From positions 2,386-66,385 of the forward strand of contig JAERTI010000043.1 of the NCBI GenBank assembly GCA_016844925.1: a stretch of 64,000 nt of DNA. Reading direction: 5' to 3'. Source of the stretch: Candidatus Uhrbacteria bacterium. GTDB taxonomy: Bacteria; Patescibacteriota; Patescibacteriia; UBA9934; GWF2-40-263. Below, piece after piece: positions 28,330 to 36,701 of this stretch. Below the pieces are notes generated by a model. It did not search any database and had not been told where the DNA came from. It saw only the letters and a program-made list of their open reading frames with translations. The position numbers and the translations under genes were made by a program. The number at the start of each line of letters is the position of its first letter. Within the stretch, counting starts at the first letter, position 1.

Positions 28330-28525
28330 ACTACCTTCCCAAATCAATTGGGTTAGACAGAGCTCATCTCTGTCCCTTCCCATCTGCCTACACAAGCGGT
28401 ACTCATGTATGCAGATCGGATCCCGAATCGCGTATTCGATTCAGGAAGTCGTACCCACAGCCGCTGTTCGTGATTCGCCTCTGACCGAGTTGGTCAATGA
28501 ACGAACGGGAACGGAAGTGGGGTGG
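28330..28525 (-). repeat. cassette-boundary element (variant hairpin CCCATCTGCCTACAC...GCAGATCGGATCCCGA)
   Basis: Direct read. Paralogous to the element at 29395-29535. Confidence 0.65.
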
Positions 28526-28535
28526 TAAGGAAGGG

Positions 28536-29318
28536 CTACAGGTGCTTGGCGACCCGCGCTGCTTCTTCCTTGGTGACCTTCAAGTGGACGGTGTCGCCCT
28601 CGGTCACAATTTCCAATCGAGTCAGTTCTGCTCGATTCTGCCTCATGCTCGCGGTGAGCTTGCTGACCTGGGCCCAAGTCACCTCGATCAGGAAGTGTCC
28701 AGAGAAGCGGTTGCTCCACATGTCCTGGAACTCCCTCGTGATGAACGCTGGAGTTTGTTCAGGGATGTCCATCATGGGCTTGCTCAAGCCAAGAGGCTCG
28801 AACTTTGGGTTGGGGATCTTGTCAATTTTCTTCTCTAGAGCCGACTTGGGCTGTGCTCCAACCAGCGTCATCGAGCCGGTCAGGGTGCGGACGCCTCGGC
28901 TTCGCTTCTCGACCAGGAGAATGACGCTCATCAACGTGTCATCCCAGAGGGTCAGGCTGATCCCTTCAAATGCCAGCGCGCCGTTTTGCATGCGCTTGAA
29001 GCCTTTCATGTGCTCAAAGGTCAGAACGCCCTTTGCCCACAAGTGGGTTGCCTCCTTTGCGGAGACAGAGACAAACTGCACATGTTCAAGAAGGCCGAGT
29101 CTCTGGTCTTCTTGCAAGGTGAGCTCGATGCTTTTGAGCGTCGATTGAACATCGTCGCTGTCCAGTACTGCCCACTCAGGTCCGTCCTTGTACGTGAAGG
29201 ACGCACGGGGACTCATCTGTGGTGGGTTGTCCGTGCGCTTGATCCATTGGTCGAAGATGACCAGTTCATCGTGATGTGCCTTGAGCACGTGTTCGCATTC
29301 AATGTAGCTTTGTGCCAC
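28536..29318 (-). CDS. hypothetical protein
   Basis: 260-aa ORF with no recognisable domain. Confidence 0.45.
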   Translation of the reverse strand: MAQSYIECEHVLKAHHDELVIFDQWIKRTDNPPQMSPRASFTYKDGPEWAVLDSDDVQSTLKSIELTLQEDQRLGLLEHVQFVSVSAKEATHLWAKGVLTFEHMKGFKRMQNGALAFEGISLTLWDDTLMSVILLVEKRSRGVRTLTGSMTLVGAQPKSALEKKIDKIPNPKFEPLGLSKPMMDIPEQTPAFITREFQDMWSNRFSGHFLIEVTWAQVSKLTASMRQNRAELTRLEIVTEGDTVHLKVTKEEAARVAKHL

Positions 29319-29394
29319 GTTGATCCTTTTCCTGGTCTGACCAGGTCTGACAAAGGCGCGATCGCCTTTTCCGTTTGGGTCAGGTGGAGTGAAT

Positions 29395-29535
29395 CTCCGC
29401 CTCTTCCCATCTGCCTACACGAGAGGTCTCATGTGTGCAGATTGGATCCCGAATCGCGTAGTCGATTCAGGAAGTTCTTTCCCACAACCGCTGCATCTGT
29501 AAGGACAGACACTTAAACGGGGGTGGGGTGCGAGG
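29395..29535 (-). repeat. cassette-boundary element (variant)
   Basis: cccatctgcctacacgagaggtctcatgtgtgcagattggatcccgaatcgcgtagtcgattcagg. Confidence 0.65.
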
Positions 29536-29539
29536 GGGC

Positions 29540-29818
29540 TCAGGTGAGCGTCATTCCGTAGCCCAGGGCTATCAGCGGGAGGACCAGGAAGAAGATCAGC
29601 TCGACGGCGAACATCGTGAGACGCTCACTCGGGCTTCCTTTCGAGAATTCCCAGTACTTGTTGAAAGCCACCAGGGACGCTACCAACGCCACCCAGAGAC
29701 CGAGGTCTGCCGGCACGAGCAGGATCAACGGGATCATGTTCAGGCTGTACAAGTAGCCCATCAGGACTTGGGAGGCAGCGAAAGCTACGGCCCCCAGGAA
29801 GAAGAGAATTTTCTCCAT
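29540..29818 (-). CDS. small membrane protein (3 TM)
   Basis: GAAAGGGAAACA RBS followed by ATG (MEKILFF). Confidence 0.4.
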   Translation of the reverse strand: MEKILFFLGAVAFAASQVLMGYLYSLNMIPLILLVPADLGLWVALVASLVAFNKYWEFSKGSPSERLTMFAVELIFFLVLPLIALGYGMTLT

Positions 29819-29995
29819 TGTTTCCCTTTCACGTTCTTGGGTTGTAAAGGTGGTGAACGCATACCACCGATCCGTACGCGAGTTGTTCGCGTCCGGGTCA
29901 GTGTCCTCAAGCGTTGCGTGTGCTTGAGGTCGTTTCCCACAATCGTTGCTCTGAATGTCCAGAGCCCTGACGAGTGTGGGGTGCATGGTCGCTGT

Positions 29996-30367
29996 CTAGT
30001 CAGCGTCCGTCAGCTTGGGGGTCACACCCATGGCGCTCAGGTGGATGCAAGCGACATCGACCGCCGAACGAACATCCAGGATGCTCTGGTGAAAGGTCTT
30101 CACCCAGGAGAGTTCGCCAGTGAGCTCCCAACCGATCTCTTCGGCCTGGAAGAGCATCCACTGCAAGGAGGTATCCTCCAGCAGCAACACATACTCAGTG
30201 TCCTCGACCGTGTAAGCCTCACGGGCGCTGTAAACAGCCCCCGTGTCGAGCGCCTTGCCATCCTCCGTCGTCGCGTTCTGTGCGTAGCGCTTGAGCGTCA
30301 GGTTCTCGGGGTGGGGCATCCACAGGAAGTAGAAGACGTCCTCCTGAAGCTTCATGATCGTTGCCAT
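29996..30367 (-). CDS. hypothetical protein
   Basis: Conserved leader gcagagaggaacaagATG. No hairpin 1 between this gene and 29540..29818, so the two may form one cassette. Confidence 0.4.
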   Translation of the reverse strand: MATIMKLQEDVFYFLWMPHPENLTLKRYAQNATTEDGKALDTGAVYSAREAYTVEDTEYVLLLEDTSLQWMLFQAEEIGWELTGELSWVKTFHQSILDVRSAVDVACIHLSAMGVTPKLTDAD

Positions 30368-30369
30368 CT

Positions 30370-30640
30370 TGTTCCTCTCTGCGGCTTGACTCACCGCGTC
30401 CACACGTGGGTTCCATCCCCGTGTGGGGTTGTTGCGAAGGTTCACTCCTCCATCTTTGACGAGAGCTCTCAGGTCTGTGCTCCTGAGATTCTCGTCACAG
30501 ATGGAGTCCCGAGCTGCGTATGCGCTCTAGAGACTCCTTGCTATCCGGTTATACCCGGCGAGTCTCGAGCTTGCCTGCCGGTAGGGAGGCGGGTGCTCGG
30601 GAATGAGCTTTAGAAAAGCTCAAGTTTTTCCGAAGGCTTG
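30370..30640 (-). repeat. cassette-boundary element (leader, hairpin 1 variant, and extensions)
   Basis: ctctgcggcttgactcaccgcgtccacacgtggg...ctccatctttgacgagagctctcaggtctgtgctcctgagattctcgtcacagatggagtcccgag. Confidence 0.7.
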
Positions 30641-30642
30641 TT

Positions 30643-31386
30643 TTAGACAGAGGCCTCCTTGAACGTCTTGGGTCTACGCCAGCGCAGCAATTTGAGCAGT
30701 CGTTCCTGCGAGATGTAGGTGGTGTCCCAGGCGGTTGTGAAGGCATCTCCGGTACACTTGCCGCTGAGCAGATGTCCTTGAGGGCATCGATACGTCCACT
30801 TCAGACACTTGCTACGAAGAGCCTTTCTGGCTTCCAGTGCGCGCAGCAGCTGGGCACGTCGGTCAGGACACGAGTTGTCCCAGGTGTTTAGCAGCGGAGG
30901 CAAGAAGCGCCCTACTTCAAGAATGGTTCCGGAGATTTTCACTCTACGCAGATTCGCTCCGTCCAGATCTACTCTGTCGAGTCTTGCTTCACGCAGGTCA
31001 GATTCAGTCAGCTGAGCTCCGTACAGGTCCGCCCTTGTCAGGTTTGCTCTGCGCAATGTCGCTTCGCGCAAGTTGGCCATGCGCAGCATTGCTCTCATCA
31101 TGTCTGCACCACGCAAGTCTGCACCACGTAGTTTTGCAGAGAACATTATTGCCTCGATTAGATCCGCTTCACGTAGGTCTGCTCCGCACAGGTCCGTCCA
31201 GGACATGTCCGTTTCAGTCAGATCTGCTTTGGCCAGACAAGCTCCGCTCAGATCCGCACAGCTCAGGTCTGTCCCACTCAGGTCCAGCTGGATTCCTGGA
31301 TGTGCTTCTCGCCAGGTATCGATGGCTTTCTTGCCACCAATCGATCTGATCTGTGCAACCAGATCCTGTTTGTCTTGTTCGGTCAT
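30643..31386 (-). CDS. pentapeptide-repeat protein (subtype 1; C-terminus ISQERLLKLLRWRRPKTFKEASV)
   Basis: Paralog of 11957..12511. Confidence 0.7.
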   Translation of the reverse strand: MTEQDKQDLVAQIRSIGGKKAIDTWREAHPGIQLDLSGTDLSCADLSGACLAKADLTETDMSWTDLCGADLREADLIEAIMFSAKLRGADLRGADMMRAMLRMANLREATLRRANLTRADLYGAQLTESDLREARLDRVDLDGANLRRVKISGTILEVGRFLPPLLNTWDNSCPDRRAQLLRALEARKALRSKCLKWTYRCPQGHLLSGKCTGDAFTTAWDTTYISQERLLKLLRWRRPKTFKEASV

Positions 31387-31389
31387 GAC

Positions 31390-31610
31390 GACCCTTCTCC
31401 AGTAGAGGCTGGGATAGAGAATTGCATCGAGTCATACTCGACGGTTTCAAGGTGCTAGAAAATTTGGAGGGTTACTCCATCTCACTTCCCGTCGGTGACG
31501 GTGAGTCAGATGGAGTCCCGAGCGTTGCACTGGGACCCGTGAGGTCCGAGCGTTGCGCTCAGGATCGTCCTCCCCCCGGGCGAATTCCCGAGGGGAGGGG
31601 TTCGGAGTAC
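31390..31610 (-). repeat. cassette-boundary element plus the CCTCCCCCCGGGCGAATTCCCGAGGGGAGG 3' hairpin
   Basis: ctccatctcacttcccgtcggtgacggtgagtcagatggagtcccgagcg. Confidence 0.7.
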
Positions 31611-32860
31611 TACTCCGAGAGGTGGTAGAACTGCAGCAGGTCGTGAGGCTGCATGTTCACGTCCAGCTCCTGACCGGTCTCGTACAAGGCCGGGTTCACG
31701 ACCTCTCGGAGGTACACGGCAACCTGCACCGTCTCGCCGCTGGTGTTGGGCAGCAGCTGGCAGGCGATGCGGGTGGTGTAGGAGAAGGTGTTCTCCCAGA
31801 CCATGGGGGTCAGCATCCAGAACGGGAGCGTGAGCGTGTCGCCGACGGGGGTCAGCGTTTCCACCTCCTCGAGGCCGAACATGTTGTCCGAACCCTCCTG
31901 GGTCTCGAAGACCGTGCAGTGCTCGATGAACGGCGTCGGGTCCAGGGGGAGCGGGCTGTCCAAGCTGGTGACCAGGATGGTCCACTCGAGCGTCTGCGCC
32001 GTCATGGTGCCTTCATCGCTCCAGTTCAGCGTGTCCGCCGTCAGGACCGGGTTGGGCGTTCCATTGGCGGGATCGAGGTAGTACTCCTCGTCCGCGTACC
32101 AGTCGAACAGGCCCTGGCTGGGCAGCAGGCTGTTGGAGTAGGTGTGCTGCACCGGTCCGACGTCCCAGGGCTCGATGGGCTCTTCCTCGGCTCCGATCAG
32201 CGCGGCGACCCGCGGGGGGTTGCCGTTGGTCTCGGTGACGACCGACTGGACCGAACGGCCCAGCTGGTCGAAGACGTTGGCCACCGCCGGGATCGGCAGA
32301 TCCGCCATGATGCCGACCTGCTGTTCCGGAACGGTCTCCGTGAGCTGGCAGACGATGTCGGCGTTGCGGATGCCTTCTTCGCCCACGCTCTGACCCAAGA
32401 TGGCGACCAGGTTCCCTTCGTCCGTCAAGGGCGAGGGGTCCGAGTAGTCGACGATCTGCGGCCAGCCGCGGAGCTGGCAGCTCTGGACGTACTGTCTGAT
32501 CAGCGCGCCGTCGCCGAACTCGTAGAGCTCGTCGCCGTCGGTGTCGATGCCGATGCTGATCTGGATCGTCATCAGGTTGAGCTGCTGCCCGTAGGGGCTG
32601 TGGAACGTGACCGAGCCGAGGATGACCTCCTGGTCCGGCTGGGCGAGGAACGGCTGCGCCGCGTGGAAGGCGGTGGTGAAGCCGATCTCCAGCAGCTGGT
32701 CGGAGACTTCGGGGACCTCCTCGGGCTCGTTCGCCGGCTGCTCGGTCGGCTCGTCGCAGTCCTCGTGGACGTCGACGTACACGTCGTTGTAGATGTGGGT
32801 ATCGCCGAGGGTCTCGGGCAGGCAACCGGTGAGGGTGAACAGGGAGATCACGAAGATCAA
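31610..32860 (-). CDS. putative secreted lipoprotein (lipobox LTGC)
   Basis: N-terminus MIFVISLFTLTGC followed by an acidic 400-aa domain. Confidence 0.5.
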   Translation of the reverse strand: MIFVISLFTLTGCLPETLGDTHIYNDVYVDVHEDCDEPTEQPANEPEEVPEVSDQLLEIGFTTAFHAAQPFLAQPDQEVILGSVTFHSPYGQQLNLMTIQISIGIDTDGDELYEFGDGALIRQYVQSCQLRGWPQIVDYSDPSPLTDEGNLVAILGQSVGEEGIRNADIVCQLTETVPEQQVGIMADLPIPAVANVFDQLGRSVQSVVTETNGNPPRVAALIGAEEEPIEPWDVGPVQHTYSNSLLPSQGLFDWYADEEYYLDPANGTPNPVLTADTLNWSDEGTMTAQTLEWTILVTSLDSPLPLDPTPFIEHCTVFETQEGSDNMFGLEEVETLTPVGDTLTLPFWMLTPMVWENTFSYTTRIACQLLPNTSGETVQVAVYLREVVNPALYETGQELDVNMQPHDLLQFYHLSE

Positions 32861-32884
32861 GTTGAAAGTACGAATAGGTCGTTC

Positions 32885-33150
32885 TCCTTTTCCAGCTAAC
32901 CCAGCTGGCGGGTGCGGCCCTCAGGCCACGGGTTCAAGATGCAACTCCATCTGACTTTCCGTCATTGCGAGCGGAGCGAAGCAATCTCTATTATCGGAGA
33001 TTGCCACGCCTGGCGTTGCCAGGCTCGCAATGACGGAAAGTCAGATGGAGTCCCGAATCGCGTATTCGATTCAGGGGGTACCCGTCTCAGGTGAATCAGA
33101 ACTGGTCTTTGTATTAACCACGATCCTGATTCCGTCCCTGGAGGGGGTAT
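32885..33150 (-). repeat. cassette-boundary element whose hairpin 1 is a 28-bp perfect stem (CTCCATCTGACTTTCCGTCATTGCGAGC ... GCTCGCAATGACGGAAAGTCAGATGGAG)
   Basis: Direct read of 32945-33050. Followed by the CCCGAATCG hairpin and the AT-rich module. Confidence 0.8.
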
Positions 33151-33192
33151 GAAAGGTGCTAGAGCGTCATGGAGATGACGCTGGAGCTTAGA

Positions 33193-33765
33193 TTAGTCGA
33201 CCTTGCGGACGGCCATGTACGTACAGTTGCCCAACGGAGCATCCTCTGGGAAGTTGTGGGTGTTCCACCATCGTGGTCCTTCCCAGTAGATGTACATCAT
33301 GTTCTTGAATCCGCTGGGGCACTCAAAGAGGGTGCCGGGGAAGATGATCTTTCTCGTGTTGCCGAAGGTGTCGAACTTCCAGGCCTCTGGGATCAGTTCC
33401 GTATTGCTGATCAGGTAATCCATGACAGCGGCGTCAACACCGCGGGTCGTTGAGAATTCCTCCACGACCTCCTTCAAACGACGACGATCGGTTCCGGAGG
33501 GGACGTGAACGAGCTCAATTTGAGTTGGGTCCCAAGTGAATGGATCATCTCGGTGGTGTTCAAGCACCGTGTATCCGTTCGGGGTCTTGGGGGGGAGGTT
33601 CGGGATCAGTTCCGTCTGAGCGGGCTGATCATCACCTTGAAGGATGGACGTAAGTCCGCGGAAGGCTTGATCAAGATCGATCTTCCCCTTCCTCACCTTC
33701 CTGAAAAGCTTAGTCTGGAGCATGGCGAGCTTGCCAAGTTGCATTTCGTCAGGACGTTGAGTCAT
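33193..33765 (-). CDS. hypothetical protein, family B
   Basis: Leader gcagaaaggacctgtcATG. Motifs RKGKIDLD, LIPEAWK and KIIFPGTL. Confidence 0.5.
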   Translation of the reverse strand: MTQRPDEMQLGKLAMLQTKLFRKVRKGKIDLDQAFRGLTSILQGDDQPAQTELIPNLPPKTPNGYTVLEHHRDDPFTWDPTQIELVHVPSGTDRRRLKEVVEEFSTTRGVDAAVMDYLISNTELIPEAWKFDTFGNTRKIIFPGTLFECPSGFKNMMYIYWEGPRWWNTHNFPEDAPLGNCTYMAVRKVD

Positions 33766-33769
33766 GACA

Positions 33770-33985
33770 GGTCCTTTCTGCGGTATGACGTACCGCGTCC
33801 ACCTCTGATCTTCAGGGTGGGGTTATTACGGAGGCTGATTCCTCCATCTTTGACGAGAGTTCTCAGGTCTGTGCTCCTAAGAGTCTCGTCACAGATGGAG
33901 TCCCGAGCTGCGTATGCGCTCTAGAGACTCCTTCTATCCGGTTATACCCGGCGAGTCTCGAGCGATGCTCGGGATGTGGTGTGAT
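33770..33985 (-). repeat. cassette-boundary element
   Basis: ctccatctttgacgagagttctcaggtctgtgctcctaagagtctcgtcacagatggagtcccgagctgcg. Confidence 0.7.
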
Positions 33986-34007
33986 TAGAGCTCACTCCAG
34001 GCTGCCC

Positions 34008-34514
34008 TTAGCAGGGCTGGATCCGACTCCTGTTGTTCTTGACCCTGTTCCTGGGGTTGATCTGGTAGCCGCAGGCGATGGCGGCCAGCAGGATCGCGGG
34101 GTCGAGGCCCTTGCAGGTTTCCAGGCCCTTGCAGGTGGCCCACTCAACAGGACTCTGGTTGACCTTTGCGTCGGTGAAATCTGCGCCGGAGAAATCCGCT
34201 CCGAAGATTTCCGCATCGAGCAGATTGGCACCGCACAGGGTCGCACAAAACATATTGGTCTTATGGAGAGTTGCCGCAGTGAAGTCTGCACCGGTGGCGT
34301 CGACGCTATTCAGGGCTGCTTTGTTCAGACAGGCATCAGAGAGATTGGTACCGATCAGGTTCGCCCCCGAAAGGTCAGACTTCTCCAGGAGCGTATCGGA
34401 GACGTCCTCACCCGACAGGTTGATCTTCTTGTCAGGGTTTGCCTCCTTCCAGTTCTCCACAACGAATTGGCCATGAGATCCATGCAGGCTTTCTGCCAGT
34501 TGCTTGTCGCCCAT
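34008..34514 (-). CDS. pentapeptide-repeat protein (subtype 2)
   Basis: NWKEANPDKKINL N-terminal motif and WATCKGLETCKGL C-terminal motif. Confidence 0.65.
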   Translation of the reverse strand: MGDKQLAESLHGSHGQFVVENWKEANPDKKINLSGEDVSDTLLEKSDLSGANLIGTNLSDACLNKAALNSVDATGADFTAATLHKTNMFCATLCGANLLDAEIFGADFSGADFTDAKVNQSPVEWATCKGLETCKGLDPAILLAAIACGYQINPRNRVKNNRSRIQPC

Positions 34515-34519
34515 TTGGG

Positions 34520-34725
34520 CAACCTCCTTTTCTCCAGCTTCACCCAGCTGATGGGTCCGGCTGTTGCCGGAGGGGTTGTGGTGAACAATTGGAGGCTGAT
34601 TCCTCCATCTCCTGTCTCGACAGGTGTCGAAACAGAGGATGGAGTCCCGAGCTGCGTATTCGCTCTAGAGACTCCTTTGCCAGTCTTTTTCCCTGGCGGG
34701 GTCTCGAGCGGATGCTCGGGAAGTG
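34520..34725 (-). repeat. cassette-boundary element
   Basis: cacccagctgatgggtccgg...gaacaattggaggctgattcctccatctcctgtctcgacaggtgtcgaaacagaggatggagtcccgagctgcg. Confidence 0.7.
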
Positions 34726-34729
34726 GTGG

Positions 34730-35095
34730 CTACATGTTGAGGGCGCGCAAGACGCACTTGCTCAAGATGGCTATCGAGAAGTCGAGGTCTTGGAGATGTG
34801 TCTTGCGGAACTTGGCGTAGCGCAGCACGGTTCTTTTGATGTTGCACCCCCGCAGGTCCGCGCCTGCGAAGTTCGCGCTCGTCAAGATTGCGTTGGAGAG
34901 GTTGGCTCCCCGCAGGTCCGCGCCCGTGAAGTTGGCTCCGATCAAGATGAGTCCGCTCAGATCCACGTTCCTGAGGTCTGCGCAGGTCAAGTTGAGGTTT
35001 CGTTCTCCGTGTTCGCTCTTCCAGCAGTGGAGACCCAAGATGCGCTGAGCTCGATCTTCTCGCTTCAAGATCTCGACCAGATCCATATTTGCCAT
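34730..35095 (-). CDS. pentapeptide-repeat protein (short)
   Basis: ORF track; tandem A(D/N)LxGxxL repeats. Confidence 0.6.
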   Translation of the reverse strand: MANMDLVEILKREDRAQRILGLHCWKSEHGERNLNLTCADLRNVDLSGLILIGANFTGADLRGANLSNAILTSANFAGADLRGCNIKRTVLRYAKFRKTHLQDLDFSIAILSKCVLRALNM

Positions 35096-35099
35096 GTGA

Positions 35100-35305
35100 C
35101 TTCTCCTTTTCTCCAGCTTTACCCAGCTGACGGGTCCGGCAGCGCCGGAAGGGTTGTTGTGAACGATTGGAGAATGATTCCTCCATCTCCCGTCTCGACA
35201 GGTGTCGAAACAGAGGATGGAGTCCCGAGCTGCGTATTCGCTCTAGAGACTCCTTTGCCAGTCTTTTTCCCTGGCGGGGTCTCGAGCGGATGCTCGGGAA
35301 GTGGG
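35100..35305 (-). repeat. cassette-boundary element
   Basis: Near-duplicate of the element at 34520-34725. Confidence 0.7.
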
Positions 35306-35307
35306 GG

Positions 35308-35685
35308 CTATCGCTTGTAGCCCATTTCGATGACGGCATCCATGAAGTGCCTCGGGGAGGGGAGCCAGTCTGCCCAGTTCAATCTTCGGCAGTGTACCCA
35401 CTGGGAGAAGTTGTCGTACTTGACGTTCCTCAGGTCCGCGTCGTGGAAGTCCACTCCGTACAGGTTCGCTCCGCGCAGGTCGGCGAAGCGCAGCCGGGCG
35501 TGGCAGAGGACGGCGTCTTCGAGGTTCGCTCCGCGCAGGTCGGCCCAGCGCAGGTTCGCTCCCTCGAGGTTCATGCCGCTCAGGTCCGCGTCTCGCAGGT
35601 CGATTTGCCCGAGCGCCCTGAAGGCCAGGCTTCGTTCCCAGTCGTCCTCGATTTTGAGGATTTCGAGGATTCGTTCGATGGTCAT
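35308..35685 (-). CDS. pentapeptide-repeat protein (first cassette of array 1 in transcription order)
   Basis: ORF track; ADLRGANL repeats. Confidence 0.6.
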   Translation of the reverse strand: MTIERILEILKIEDDWERSLAFRALGQIDLRDADLSGMNLEGANLRWADLRGANLEDAVLCHARLRFADLRGANLYGVDFHDADLRNVKYDNFSQWVHCRRLNWADWLPSPRHFMDAVIEMGYKR

Positions 35686-35689
35686 GTGA

Positions 35690-35760
35690 GCAACCTCCTT
35701 TTAAACAGCTTGACCCAGCTGACGGGTCCGGCGTGGCCGGAGAGGTGATGCGGCTAGGCC
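35690..35760 (-). repeat. truncated leader module at the array 1 boundary (ACCCAGCTGACGGGTCCGG... with no following hairpin 1)
   Basis: Conserved leader sequence that diverges at about 35740 into the core terminator region. Confidence 0.5.
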
Positions 35761-35764
35761 GCGA

Positions 35765-35830
35765 TGAGGTGTGTTGCGCAAAAAAGGCGCACCAGAGACA
35801 CGGTTATTACCGAATCTCTGATGCGCCTTT
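35765..35830. terminator. terminator hairpin (aaaaaaggcgcacc...ggtgcgccttttt)
   Basis: Direct read. Confidence 0.5.
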
Positions 35831-35964
35831 TTCTGTAAAAGCGAATCTATGGTCATCTCGGGGCGGTTAGCCTATTAGGGCGTGCACAGATTCCGCCTAG
35901 AGATGTTTAATTGTACGTTGCAATATACTCCATTTTTGGGGTTTTGTCAAGGTATTATGACAAA

Positions 35965-36000
35965 AAACCGCCTATTTTTAGGCGGTTTTTGCATTTTGTT
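35965..36000. terminator. bidirectional terminator (aaaaaaccgcctatttttaggcggttttt)
   Basis: Direct read. Confidence 0.6.
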
Positions 36001-36689
36001 TAGTCTCGTAAACTTAATGTTCGGTCTTGTTGCAGCACCACTCGTCTGTATTCCATGGCAGGTCTTGAGTAGCGCTTTGTGGACTCGATTTCTATAACAT
36101 TGAGTCCCCGTTCCAGGGCGATATCGATCTCGAAGCTTCCATCTACGGAGAGCAGGACGTCTACGCCGTTCACTTTTACCGCGGCGCCGTCTTCTGCGTG
36201 ACCCGTGACCGAGATGAGTGCATCTCCAGTGAGGGAGCCGTCAGACGGCTGGTAAACGAGTAGGTCTGGCGGGGCAACGATGGCGCGGACTTGATAGCCG
36301 ACGTAGCCGGTGATGGCAATGGCCACGGCGAGTACGGCCAGCACTTTCACATAACGACTTGCTACGAGGAACTGAAAGGCGCGGGCGCGGCGGCGGGGGA
36401 GGCGGGCGTTTTTCATGAAGTCGCAGGTGCCGCACTCTTCCTCGTACTGATCTAGGAAGTAGTTCACATCACCCCCTAAGGCCCGTACGTAGATCTTTAG
36501 ATAGTTTTTCGCGTAGACGGGATCCGGGAGCGCAGCGTAGTTGCTCTCCTCAAAGGCCTTGAGGAATGACTTGCGGATCTTGGTCTTAGCCTCCATCTCG
36601 CTGAGTGTCAGATTCGCGCTACGCCGAATAGCCTTGAGCTTGGCGCCCAGGTTTTCTGCGTAGTCAAATTTTCGAATCACGAATGACAT
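36000..36689 (-). CDS. RodZ-like protein (N-terminal XRE-type HTH, single TM, periplasmic domain)
   Basis: N-terminal HTH region (...KAIRRSANLTLSEMEAKTKIRKSFLKAFE...), then a TM helix LAVLAVAIAITGYVGY. Confidence 0.55.
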   Translation of the reverse strand: MSFVIRKFDYAENLGAKLKAIRRSANLTLSEMEAKTKIRKSFLKAFEESNYAALPDPVYAKNYLKIYVRALGGDVNYFLDQYEEECGTCDFMKNARLPRRRARAFQFLVASRYVKVLAVLAVAIAITGYVGYQVRAIVAPPDLLVYQPSDGSLTGDALISVTGHAEDGAAVKVNGVDVLLSVDGSFEIDIALERGLNVIEIESTKRYSRPAMEYRRVVLQQDRTLSLRD

Positions 36690-36701
36690 GCTGCAAATAG
36701 C

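Noticed and set aside
10964-35305. Classical integron attC sites with the R'' and R' consensus
   Set aside because: The conserved ends are CCTCCATC and GATGGAGTCCCGAG, not RYYYAAC and GTTRRRY. GTTAGAC or GTTAGGC occur only sporadically (19365, 23940, 28345, 47085) and not at a fixed position in every element. No intI is in the window. The system is therefore described as integron-like, not as a bona fide integron.
17941-35339. Recurrent peptide motifs in track ORFs such as SPVSTGVETGDGVPS and LHPPLRPQSRREMEE
   Set aside because: These are translations of the repeat element itself in a read-through frame, not conserved protein domains. The affected ORFs were trimmed to downstream starts that have a ribosome-binding site.
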